Below, one piece after another: positions 37,720-50,200 of a stretch of 64,000 nt of DNA (position 1 is its first letter; each line of letters starts with the position of its first letter). The position numbers and the translations under genes were made by a program. The DNA is from Eledone cirrhosa (lineage: Eukaryota): NCBI GenBank assembly GCA_964016885.1, contig OZ024741.1:270072001-270136000 (forward strand). The letters are read 5' to 3'. Under the pieces are notes generated by a model. The model was not told the DNA's origin. It saw only the letters and a list, made by a program, of their open reading frames with translations, and ran no database searches.

Positions 37720-37925
37720 TCTAAAAGTCTGTCTCGAGTCCTGGGGCTCATCAGACTGGTGCTTATCCCAGTTTCCATGGGGTGAAGCTACTGAGAGTAC
37801 TAGACTCCCTCTGGACAAGCCACGAGTCAATCGCTGGGTTAAACCTCTATATATTGCTTGGTGAAGGCGCGTGGTTTAGTGGTTAGAGCATTGGGCTTGC
37901 AATCGAAAGGTTGTGAGTTTCGGGT
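37720..37925. mobile_element. SINE family B fragments (minus-strand tail fragment and plus-strand tRNA-like head)
   Basis: 37725-37850 matches 13005-13135. 37860-37922 GGCGCGTGGTTTAGTGGTTAGAGCATTGGGCTTGCAATCG...GTTGTGAGTT is the head. Confidence 0.65.
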
Positions 37926-37984
37926 GATGTTTTGTTTCTTACAATAAATTCTTCACCAGAGTATATTAATATAGGGACATAATG

Positions 37985-38152
37985 GCGGTAGAGGGTCGGA
38001 CGCCATGCTTCGACGCATAGAGTTATGGCCCTTGCCATTCTGAGATCAAATCCCACCGAGGTTAACTTTGCCTTTCATCATTACGAGGTCGATAAAATAA
38101 AGTACCAGTAATGAACTGATAATTGCTGGCCTTGTGCCAAAAGTAAAACAAT
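37985..38152 (+). mobile_element. SINE family A
   Basis: Close match to 13613-13786. Confidence 0.85.
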
Positions 38153-38211
38153 TATTATAGCCACTTAATGAAATCCCAGTTTGCTTAGAATAAATGACCT
38201 CTAAAAACAGG

Positions 38212-41200
38212 TGTGGCTGTCAGTATGTATGTGTCTGTCTATAGGTAGTTAGTGTGAATGTGGCTGTCAGTATCTATGTGTCTGTCTATAGGTAGTTAGT
38301 GTGAATGTGGCTGTCAGTATATATGTGTCTGTCTATAGGTAGTTAGTGTGAATGTGGCTGTCAGTATGTATGTATCTGTCTATAGGTAGTTAGTGTGAAT
38401 GTGGCTGTCAGTATGTATGTGTCTGTCTATAGGTAGTTAGTGTGAATGTGGCTGTCAGTATATATGTATCTGTCTATAGGTAGTTAGTGTGAATGTGGCT
38501 GTCAGTATATATGTGTCTGTCTATAGGTAGTTAGTGTGAATGTGGCTGTCAGTATGTATGTATCTGTCTATAGGTAGTTAGTGTGAATGTGGCTGTCAGT
38601 ATGTATGTGTCTGTCTATAGGTAGTTAGTGTGAATGTGGCTGTCAGTATGTATGTGTCTGTGTATAGGTAGTTAGTGTGAATGTGGCTGTCAGTATGTAT
38701 GTGTCTGTCTATAGGTAGTTAGTGTGAATGTGGCTGTCAGTATGTATGTGTCTGTCTATAGGTAGTTAGTGTGAATGTGGCTGTCAGTATGTATGTGTCT
38801 GTCTAGAGGTAGTTAGTGTGAATGTGGCTGTCAGTATGTATGTGTCAGTCTATAGATAGTTAGTGTGAATGTGGTTGTCAGTATTTATGTGTCTGTCTAT
38901 AGATAGTTAGTGTGAATGTGGCTGTCAGTATGTATGTGTCTGTCTATAGGTAGTAAGTGTGAATGTGGCTGTCAGTATGTATGTGTCTGTCTATAGGTAG
39001 TTAGTGTGAATGTGGCTGTCAGTATGTATGTGTCTGTCTATAGGTAGTAAGTGTGAATGTGGCTGTCAGTATGTATGTGTCTGTCTATAGGTAGATAGTG
39101 TGAATGTGGCTGTCAGTATTTATGTGTCTGTCTATAGATAGTTAGTGTGAATGTGGCTGTCAGTATGTATGTGTCTGTCTATAGGTAGTTAGTGTGAATG
39201 TGGCTGTCAGTATGTATGTGTCTGTCTATAGGTAGTTAGTGTGAATGTGGCTGTCAGTATGTATGTGTATGTCTATAGGTAGTTAGTGTGAATGTGGCTG
39301 TCAGTATGTATGTGTCTGTCTATAGGTAGTTAGTGTGAATGTGGCTGTCAGTATGTATGTGTCTGTCTATAGATAGTTAGTGTGAATGTGGCTGTCAGTA
39401 TGTATGTGTCTGTCTATAGGTAGTTAGTGTGAATGTGACTGTCAGTATATATGTGTCTATCTATAGGTAGTTAGTGTGAATGTGGCTGTCAGTATGTATG
39501 TATCTGCCTATAGGTAGTTAGTGTGAATGTGGCTGTCAGTATGTATGTGTCTGTGTATAGGTAGTTAGTGTGAATGTGGCTGTCAGTATGTATGTGTCTG
39601 TCTATAGGTAGTTAGTGTGAATGTGGCTGTCAGTATGTATGTGTCTGTCAATAGGTAGTTAGTGTGAATGTGGCTGTCAGTATGTATGTGTCTGTCTATA
39701 GGTAGTTAGTGTGAATATGGCTGTCAGTATGTATGTGTCTGTCTATAGGTACTTAGTGTGAATGTGGCTGTCAGTATGTATGTGTCTGTCTATAGATAGT
39801 TAGTGTGAATGTGGCTGTCAGTATGTATGTGTCTGTCTATAGGTAGTTAGTGTGAATGTGGCTGTCAGTATGTATGTGTCTGTCTATAGGTAGTTAGTGT
39901 GAATGTGGCTGTCAGTATGTATGTGTATGTCTATAGGTAGTTAGTGTGAATATGGCTGTCAGTATGTATGTGTCTGTCTATAGGTACTTAGTGTGAATGT
40001 GGCTGTCAGTATGTATGTGTCTGTCTATAGGTAGTTAGTGTGAATGTGACTGTCAGTATATATGTGTCTATCTATAGGTAGTTAGTGTGAATGTGGCTGT
40101 CAGTATGTATGTATCTGCCTATAGGTAGTTAGTGTGAATGTGGCTGTCAGTATGTATGTGTCTGTGTATAGGTAGTTAGTGTGAATGTGGCTGTCAGTAT
40201 GTATGTGTCTGTCTATAGGTAGTTAGTGTGAATGTGGCTGTCAGTATGTATGTGTCTGTCAATAGGTAGTTAGTGTGAATGTGGCTGTCAGTATGTATGT
40301 GTCTGTCTATAGGTAGTTAGTGTGAATATGGCTGTCAGTATGTATGTGTCTGTCTATAGGTACTTAGTGTGAATGTGGCTGTCAGTATGTATGTGTCTGT
40401 CTATAGGTAGTTAGTGTGGATGTGGCTGTCAGTATGTATGTGTCTGTCTATAGGTAGTTAGTGTGAATGTGGCTGTTAGTATGTATGTGTCTGTCTATAG
40501 GTAGTTAGTGTGAATGTGGCTGTTAGTATGTATGTGTCTGTCTATAGGTAGTTAGTGTGAATGTGGCTGTCAGTATGTATGTGTCTGTCTATAGGTAGTT
40601 AGTGTGAATGTGGCTGTCAGTATGTATGTGTCTGTCTATAGGTAGTTAGTGTGAATGTGGTTGTCAGTATGTATGTGTCTATCTATAGGTAGTTAGTGTG
40701 AATGTGGCTGTCAGTATGTATGTGTCTGTCTATAGGTAGTTAGTGTGAATGTGGCTGTCAGTATGTATGTGTCTGTCTATAGGTAGTTAGTGTGAATGTG
40801 GCTGTCAGTATGTATGTGTCTGTCTATAGGTAGTTAGTGTGAATGTGGCTGTCAGTATGTATGTGTCTATCTATAGGTAGTTAGTGTGAATGTGGCTGTC
40901 AGTATGTATGTGTCTGTCTATAGCTAGTTAGTGTGAATGTGGCTGTCAGTATGTATGTGTCTATCTATAGATAGTTAGTATGAATGTGGCTGTCAGTATG
41001 TATGTGTCTATCTATAGGTAGTTAGTATGAATGTGGCTGTCAGTATGTATGTGTCTGTTTATAGGTAGTTAGTGTGAATGTGGCTGTCAGTATGTATGTA
41101 TCTGTCTATAGGTAATTAGTGTGAATGTGACTGTCAGTATGTATGTGTCTGTCTATAGGTAGTTAGTGTGAATGTGGCTGTCAGTATGTATGTGTCTGTC

Positions 41201-44200
41201 TATAGGTAGTTAGTGTGAATGTGGTTGTCAGTATGTATGTGTCTATCTATAGGTAGTTAGTGTGAATGTGGCTGTCAGTATGTATGTGTCTGTCTATAGG
41301 TAGTTAGTGTGAATGTGGCTGTCAGTATGTATGTGTCTGTCTATAGGTAGTTAGTGTGAATGTGGCTGTCAGTATGTATGTGTCTGTCTATAGGTAGTTA
41401 GTGTGAATGTGGCTGTCAGTATGTATGTGTCTGTCTATAGGTAGTTAGTGTGAATGTGGCTGTCAGTATGTATGTGTCTGTCTATAGGTAGTTAGTGTGA
41501 ATGTAGCTGTCAGTATGTATGTGTCTGTCTATAGGTAGTTAGTGTGAATGTGGCTGTCAGTATATATGTGTCTGTCTATAGGTAGTTAGTGTGAATGTGG
41601 CTGTCAGTATGTATGTGTCTGTCTATAGGTAGTTAGTGTGAATGTGGCTGTCAGTATGTATGTGTCTGTCGATTGGTAGTTAGTGTGAATGTGGCTGTCA
41701 GTATGTATGTGTCTGTCTATAGGTAGTTAGTTTGAATGTTGCTGTCAGTATGTATGTGTCTGTCTATAGGTACTTAGTGTGAATGTGGCTGTCAGTATGT
41801 ATGTGTCTGTCTATAGGTAGTTAGTGTGAATGTGGCTGTCAGTATCTATGTGTCTATCTATAGGTAATTAGTATGAATGTGGCTGTCAGTATGTATGTGT
41901 CTGTCTATAGGTAGTTAGTGTGAATGTGGCTGTCAGTATGTATGTATCTGTCTATAGGTAGTTAGTGTGAATGTGACTGTCAGTATGTATGTGTCTGTCT
42001 ATAGGTAGTTAGTGTGAATGTGGCTGTCAGTATGTATGTGTCTGTCTATAGGTAGTTAGTGTGAATGTGACTGTCAGTATGTATGTGTCTGTCTATAGGT
42101 AGTTAGTGTGAATGTGGCTATCAGTATGTATGTGTCTGTCTATAGGTAGTTAGTGTGAATGTGGCTGTCAGTATGTATGTGTCTGTCTATAGGTAGTTAG
42201 TGTGAATGTGGCTGTCAGTATGTATGTGTCTGTCTATAGGTAGTTAGTGTGAATGTGGCTGTCAGTATGTATGTGTCTGTCTATAGGTAGTTAGTGTGAA
42301 TGTGGCTGTCAGTATGTATGTGTCTGTCTATAGGTAGTTAGTGTGAATGTGGCTGTCAGTATGTATGTGTCTGTCAATAGGTAGTTAGTGTGAATGTGGC
42401 TGTCAGTATGTATGTGTCTGTCTATAGGTAGTTAGTGTGAATATGGCTGTCAGTATGTATGTGTCTGTCTATAGGTACTTAGTGTGAATGTGGCTGTCAG
42501 TATGTATGTGTCTGTCTATAGGTAGTTAGTGTGGATGTGGCTGTCAGTATGTATGTGTCTGTCTATAGGTAGTTAGTGTGAATGTGGCTGTTAGTATGTA
42601 TGTGTCTGTCTATAGGTAGTTAGTGTGAATGTGGCTGTTAGTATGTATGTGTCTGTCTATAGGTAGTTAGTGTGAATGTGGCTGTCAGTATGTATGTGTC
42701 TGTCTATAGGTAGTTAGTGTGAATGTGGCTGTCAGTATGTATGTGTCTGTCTATAGGTAGTTAGTGTGAATGTGGCTGTCAGTATGTATGTGTCTGTCTA
42801 TAGGTAGTTAGTGTGAATGTGGCTGTCAGTATGTTTGTGTCTGTCTATAGGTAGTTAGTGTGAATGTGGCTGTCAGTATGTATGTGTCTGTCTATAGGTA
42901 GTTAGTGTGAATGTGGCTGTCAGTATCTATGTGTCTGTCTATAGGTAGTTAGTGTGAATGTGGCTGTCAGTATGTATGTGTCTGTCTATAGGTAGTTAGT
43001 GTGAATGTGGCTGTCAGTATGTATGTGTCTGTCTATAGGTAGTTAGTGTGAATGTGGCTGTCAGTATCTATGTGTCTGCCTATAGGTAGTTAGTGTGAAT
43101 GTGGCTGTTAGTATGTATGTGTCTGTCTATAGGTAGTTAGTGTGAATGTGGCTGTTAGTATGTATGTGTCTGTCTATAGGTAGTTAGTGTGAATGTGGCT
43201 GTCAGTATGTATGTGTCTGTCTATAGGTAGTTAGTGTGAATGTGGCTGTCAGTATGTATGTGTCTGTCAATAGGTAGTTAGTGTGAATGTGGCTGTCAGT
43301 ATGTATGTGTCTGTCTATAGGTAGTTAGTGTGAATATGGCTGTCAGTATGTATGTGTCTGTCTATAGGTACTTAGTGTGAATGTGGCTGTCAGTATGTAT
43401 GTGTCTGTCTATAGGTAGTTAGTGTGGATGTGGCTGTCAGTATGTATGTGTCTGTCTATAGGTAGTTAGTGTGAATGTGGCTGTTAGTATGTATGTGTCT
43501 GTCTATAGGTAGTTAGTGTGAATGTGGCTGTTAGTATGTATGTGTCTGTCTATAGGTAGTTAGTGTGAATGTGGCTGTCAGTATATATGTGTCTGTCTAT
43601 AGGTAGTTAGTGTGAATATGGCTGTCAGTATGTATGTGTCTGTCTATAGGTACTTAGTGTGAATGTGGCTGTCAGTATGTATGTGTCTGTCTATAGGTAG
43701 TTAGTGTGAATGTGGCTGTCAGTATGTATGTGTCTGTCTATAGGTAGTTAGTGTGAATGTGGCTGTCAGTATGTATGTGTCTGTCTATAGGTAGTTAGTG
43801 TGAATGTGGCTGTCAGTATGTATGTGTCTATCTATAGGTAGTTAGTGTGAATGTGGCTGTCAGTATGTATGTGTCTGTCTATAGCTAGTTAGTGTGAATG
43901 TGGCTGTCAGTATGTATGTGTCTATCTATAGATAGTTAGTATGAATGTGGCTGTCAGTATGTATGTGTCTATCTATAGGTAGTTAGTATGAATGTGGCTG
44001 TCAGTATGTATGTGTCTGTTTATAGGTAGTTAGTGTGAATGTGGCTGTCAGTATGTATGTATCTGTCTATAGGTAATTAGTGTGAATGTGACTGTCAGTA
44101 TGTATGTGTCTGTCTATAGGTAGTTGGTGTGAATGTGGCTGTCAGTATGTATGTGTCTGTCTATAGGTAGTTAGTGTGAATGTGGTTGTCAGTATGTATG

Positions 44201-47200
44201 TGTCTATCTATAGGTAGTTAGTGTGAATGTGGCTGTCAGTATGTATGTGTCTGTCTATAGGTAGTTAGTGTGAATGTGGCTGTCAGTATGTATGTGTCTG
44301 TCTATAGGTAGTTAGTGTGAATGTGGCTGTCAGTATGTATGTGTCTGTCTATAGGTAGTTAGTGTGAATGTGGCTGTCAGTATGTATGTGTCTGTCTATA
44401 GGTAGTTAGTGTGAATGTGGCTGTCAGTATGTATGTGTCTGTCTATAGGTAGTTAGTGTGAATGTAGCAGTCAGTATGTATGTGTCTGTCTATAGGTAGT
44501 TAGTGTGAATGTGGCTGTCAGTATATATGTGTCTGTCTATAGGTAGTTAGTGTGAATGTGGCTGTCAGTATGTATGTGTCTGTCTATAGGTAGTTAGTGT
44601 GAATGTGGCTGTCAGTATGTATGTGTCTGTCGATTGGTAGTTAGTGTGAATGTGGCTGTCAGTATGTATGTGTCTGTCTATAGGTAGTTAGTTTGAATGT
44701 TGCTGTCAGTATGTATGTGTCTGTCTATAGGTACTTAGTGTGAATGTGGCTGTCAGTATGTATGTGTCTGTCTATAGGTAGTTAGTGTGAATGTGGCTGT
44801 CAGTATCTATGTGTCTATCTATAGGTAATTAGTATGAATGTGGCTGTCAGTATGTATGTGTCTGTCTATAGGTAGTTAGTGTGAATGTGGCTGTCAGTAT
44901 GTATGTATCTGTCTATAGGTAGTTAGTGTGAATGTGACTGTCAGTATGTATGTGTCTGTCTATAGGTAGTTAGTGTGAATGTGGCTGTCAGTATGTATGT
45001 GTCTGTCTATAGGTAGTTAGTGTGAATGTGACTGTCAGTATGTATGTGTCTGTCTATAGGTAGTTAGTGTGAATGTGGCTGTCAGTATGTATGTGTCTGT
45101 CTATAGGTAGTTAGTGTGAATGTGGCTGTCAGTATGTATGTGTCTGTCTATAGGTAGTTAGTGTGAATGTGGCTGTCAGTATGTATGTGTCTGTCTATAG
45201 GTAGTTAGTGTGAATGTGGCTGTCAGTATGTATGTGTCTGTCTATAGGTAGTTAGTGTGAATGTGGCTGTCAGTATGTATGTGTCTGTCTATAGGTAGTT
45301 AGTGTGAATGTGGCTGTCAGTATGTATGTGTCTGTCAATAGGTAGTTAGTGTGAATGTGGCTGTCAGTATGTATGTGTCTGTCTATAGGTAGTTAGTGTG
45401 AATATGGCTGTCAGTATGTATGTGTCTGTCTATAGGTACTTAGTGTGAATGTGGCTGTCAGTATGTATGTGTCTGTCTATAGGTAGTTAGTGTGGATGTG
45501 GCTGTCAGTATGTATGTGTCTGTCTATAGGTAGTTAGTGTGAATGTGGCTGTTAGTATGTATGTGTCTGTCTATAGGTAGTTAGTGTGAATGTGGCTGTT
45601 AGTATGTATGTGTCTGTCTATAGGTAGTTAGTGTGAATGTGGCTGTCAGTATGTATGTGTCTGTCTATAGGTAGTTAGTGTGAATGTGGCTGTCAGTATG
45701 TATGTGTCTGTCTATAGGTAGTTAGTGTGAATGTGGCTGTCAGTATGTATGTGTCTGTCTATAGGTAGTTAGTGTGAATGTGGCTGTCAGTATGTTTGTG
45801 TCTGTCTATAGGTAGTTAGTGTGAATGTGGCTGTCAGTATGTATGTGTCTGTCTATAGGTAGTTAGTGTGAATGTGGCTGTCAGTATCTATGTGTCTGTC
45901 TATAGGTAGTTAGTGTGAATGTGGCTGTCAGTATGTATGTGTCTGTCTATAGGTAGTTAGTGTGAATGTGGCTGTCAGTATGTATGTGTCTGTCTATAGG
46001 TAGTTAGTGTGAATGTGGCTGTCAGTATCTATGTGTCTGCCTATAGGTAGTTAGTGTGAATGTGGCTGTTAGTATGTATGTGTCTGTCTATAGGTAGTTA
46101 GTGTGAATGTGGCTGTTAGTATGTATGTGTCTGTCTATAGGTAGTTAGTGTGAATGTGGCTGTCAGTATGTATGTGTCTGTCTATAGGTAGTTAGTGTGA
46201 ATGTGGCTGTCAGTATGTATGTGTCTGTCAATAGGTAGTTAGTGTGAATGTGGCTGTCAGTATGTATGTGTCTGTCTATAGGTAGTTAGTGTGAATATGG
46301 CTGTCAGTATGTATGTGTCTGTCTATAGGTACTTAGTGTGAATGTGGCTGTCAGTATGTATGTGTCTGTCTATAGGTAGTTAGTGTGGATGTGGCTGTCA
46401 GTATGTATGTGTCTGTCTATAGGTAGTTAGTGTGAATGTGGCTGTTAGTATGTATGTGTCTGTCTATAGGTAGTTAGTGTGAATGTGGCTGTTAGTATGT
46501 ATGTGTCTGTCTATAGGTAGTTAGTGTGAATGTGGCTGTCAGTATATATGTGTCTGTCTATAGGTAGTTAGTGTGAATATGGCTGTCAGTATGTATGTGT
46601 CTGTCTATAGGTACTTAGTGTGAATGTGGCTGTCAGTATGTATGTGTCTGTCTATAGGTAGTTAGTGTGAATGTGGCTGTCAGTATGTATGTGTCTGTCT
46701 ATAGATAGTTAGTGTGAATGTGGCTGTCAGTATGTATGTGTCTGTCTATAGGTAGTTAGTGTGAATGTGGCTGTCAGTATGTATGTGTCTGTCTATAGGT
46801 AGTTAGTGTGAATGTGGTTGTCAGTATGTATGTGTCTATCTATAGGTAGTTAGTGTGAATGTGGCTGTCAGTATGTATGTGTCTGTCTATAGGTAGTTAG
46901 TGTGAATGTGGCTGTCAGTATGTATGTGTCTGTCTATAGGTAGTTAGTGTGAATGTGGCTGTCAGTATGTATGTGTCTGTCTATAGGTAGTTAGTGTGAA
47001 TGTGGCTGTCAGTATGTATGTGTCTGTCTATAGGTAGTTAGTGTGAATGTAGCTGTCAGTATGTATGTGTCTGTCTATAGGTAGTTAGTGTGAATGTGGC
47101 TGTCAGTATATATGTGTCTGTCTATAGGTAGTTAGTGTGAATGTGGCTGTCAGTATGTATGTGTCTGTCTATAGGTAGTTAGTGTGAATGTGGCTGTCAG

Positions 47201-50200
47201 TATGTATGTGTCTGTCGATTGGTAGTTAGTGTGAATGTGGCTGTCAGTATGTATGTGTCTGTCTATAGGTAGTTAGTTTGAATGTGGCTGTCAGTATGTA
47301 TGTGTCTGTCTATAGGTACTTAGTGTGAATGTGGCTGTCAGTATGTATGTGTCTGTCTATAGGTAGTTAGTGTGAATGTGGCTGTCAGTATCTATGTGTC
47401 TATCTATAGGTAGTTAGTATGAATGTGGCTGTCAGTATGTATGTGTCTGTCTATAGGTAGTTAGTGTGAATGTGGCTGTCAGTATGTATGTATCTGTCTA
47501 TAGGTAGTTAGTGTCAATGTGACTGTCAGTATGTATGTGTCTGTCTATAGGTAGTTAGTGTGAATGTGGCTGTCAGTATGTATGTGTCTGTCTATAGGTA
47601 GTTAGTGTGAATGTGGCTGTCAGTATCTATGTGTCTGTCTATAGGTAGTTAGTGTGAATGTGGCTGTCAGTATGTATGTGTCTGTCTATAGGTAGTTAGT
47701 GTGAATGTGGCTGTCAGTATGTATGTGTCTGTCTATAGGTAGTTAGTGTGAATGTGGCTGTCAGTATCTATGTGTCTGCCTATAGGTAGTTAGTGTGAAT
47801 GTGGCTGTTAGTATGTATGTGTCTGTCTATAGGTAGTTAGTGTGAATGTGGCTGTTAGTATGTATGTGTCTGTCTATAGGTAGTTAGTGTGAATGTGGCT
47901 GTCAGTATGTATGTGTCTGTCTATAGGTAGTTAGTGTGAATGTGGCTGTCAGTATGTTTGTGTCTGTCTATAGGTAGTTAGTGTGAATGTGGCTGTCAGT
48001 ATGTATGTGTCTATCTATAGGTAGTTAGTATGAATGTGGCTGTCAGTATGTATGTGTCTGTTTATAGGTAGTTAGTGTGAATGTGGCTGTCAGTATGTAT
48101 GTATCTGTCTATAGGTAATTAGTGTGAATGTGACTGTCAGTATGTATGTGTCTGTCTATAGGTAGTTAGTGTGAATATGGCTGTCAGTATGTATGTGTCT
48201 GTCTATAGGTACTTAGTGTGAATGTGGCTGTCAGTATGTATGTGTCTGTCTATAGGTAGTTAGTGTGAATGTGGCTGTCAGTATGTATGTGTCTGTCTAT
48301 AGATAGTTAGTGTGAATGTGGCTGTCAGTATGTATGTGTCTGTCTATAGGTAGTTAGTGTGAATGTGGCTGTCAGTATGTATGTGTCTGTCTATAGGTAG
48401 ATAGTGTGAATGTGGTTGTCAGTATGTATGTGTCTATCTATAGGTAGTTAGTGTGAATGTGGCTGTCAGTATGTATGTGTCTGTCTATAGGTAGTTAGTG
48501 TGAATGTGGCTGTCAGTATGTATGTGTCTGTCTATAGGTAGTTAGTGTGAATGTGGCTGTCAGTATGTATGTGTCTGTCTATAGGTAGTTAGTGTGAATG
48601 TGGCTGTCAGTATGTATGTGTCTGTCTATAGGTAGTTAGTGTGAATGTGGCTGTCAGTATGTATGTGTCTGTCTATAGGTAGTTAGTGTGAATGTAGCTG
48701 TCAGTATGTATGTGTCTGTCTATAGGTAGTTAGTGTGAATGTGGCTGTCAGTATATATGTGTCTCTCTATAGGTAGTTAGTGTGAATGTGGCTGTCAGTA
48801 TGTATGTGTCTGTCTATAGGTAGTTAGTGTGAATGTGGCTGTCAGTATGTATGTGTCTGTCGATTGGTAGTTAGTGTGAATGTGGCTGTCAGTATGTATG
48901 TGTCTGTCTATAGGTAGTTAGTTTGAATGTGGCTGTCAGTATGTATGTGTCTGTCTATAGGTACTTAGTGTGAATGTGGCTGTCAGTATGTATGTGTCTG
49001 TCTATAGGTAGTTAATGTGAATGTGGCTGTCAGTATCTATGTGTCTATCTATAGGTAGTTAGTATGAATGTGGCTGTCAGTATGTATGTGTCTGTCTATA
49101 GGTAGTTAGTGTGAATGTGGCTGTCAGTATGTATGTATCTGTCTATAGGTAGTTAGTGTGAATGTGACTGTCAGTATGTATGTGTCTGTCTATAGGTAGT
49201 TAGTGTGAATGTGGCTGTCAGTATGTATGTGTCTGTCTATAGGTAGTTAGTGTGAATGTGACTGTCAGTATGTATGTGTCTGTCTATAGGTAGTTAGTGT
49301 GAATGTGGCTGTCAGTATGTATGTGTCTGTCTATAGGTAGTTAGTGTGAATGTGGCTGTCAGTATGTATGTGTCTGTCTATAGGTAGTTAGTGTGAATGT
49401 GGCTGTCAGTATGTATGTGTCTGTCTATAGGTAGTTAGTGTGAATGTGGCTGTCAGTATGTATGTGTCTCTCTATAGGTAGTTAGTGTGAATGTGGCTGT
49501 CAGTATGTATGTGTCTGTCTATAGGTAGTTAGTGTGAATGTGTCTGTCAGTATGTATGTGTCTGTCAATAGGTAGTTAGTGTGAATGTGGCTGTCAGTAT
49601 GTATGTGTCTGTCTATAGGTAGTTAGTGTGAATATGTCTGTCAGTATGTATGTGTCTGTCTATAGGTACTTAGTGTGAATGTGGCTGTCAGTATGTATGT
49701 GTCTGTCTATAGGTAGTTAGTGTGGATGTGGCTGTCAGTATGTATGTGTCTGTCTATAGGTAGTTAGTGTGAATGTGGCTGTTAGTATGTATGTGTCTGT
49801 CTATAGGTAGTTAGTGTGAATGTGGCTGTTAGTATGTATGTGTCTGTCTATAGGTAGTTAGTGTGAATGTGGCTGTCAGTATGTATGTGTCTGTCTATAG
49901 GTAGTTAGTGTGAATGTGGCTGTCAGTATGTATGTGTCTGTCTATAGGTAGTTAGTGTGAATGTGGCTGTCAGTATCTATGTGTCTGTCTATAGGTAGTT
50001 AGTGTGAATGTGGCTGTCAGTATGTATGTGTCTGTCTATAGGTAGTTAGTGTGAATGTGGCTGTCAGTATGTATGTGTCTGTCTATAGGTAGTTAGTGTG
50101 AATGTGGCTGTCAGTATCTATGTGTCTGCCTATAGGTAGTTAGTGTGAATGTGGCTGTTAGTATGTATGTGTCTGTCTATAGGTAGTTAGTGTGAATGTG

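Noticed and set aside
37860-37925. tRNA-like sequences with A/B boxes (also 6970-7030 and 13595-13690)
   Set aside because: There is no complete cloverleaf; they are multi-copy SINE heads.
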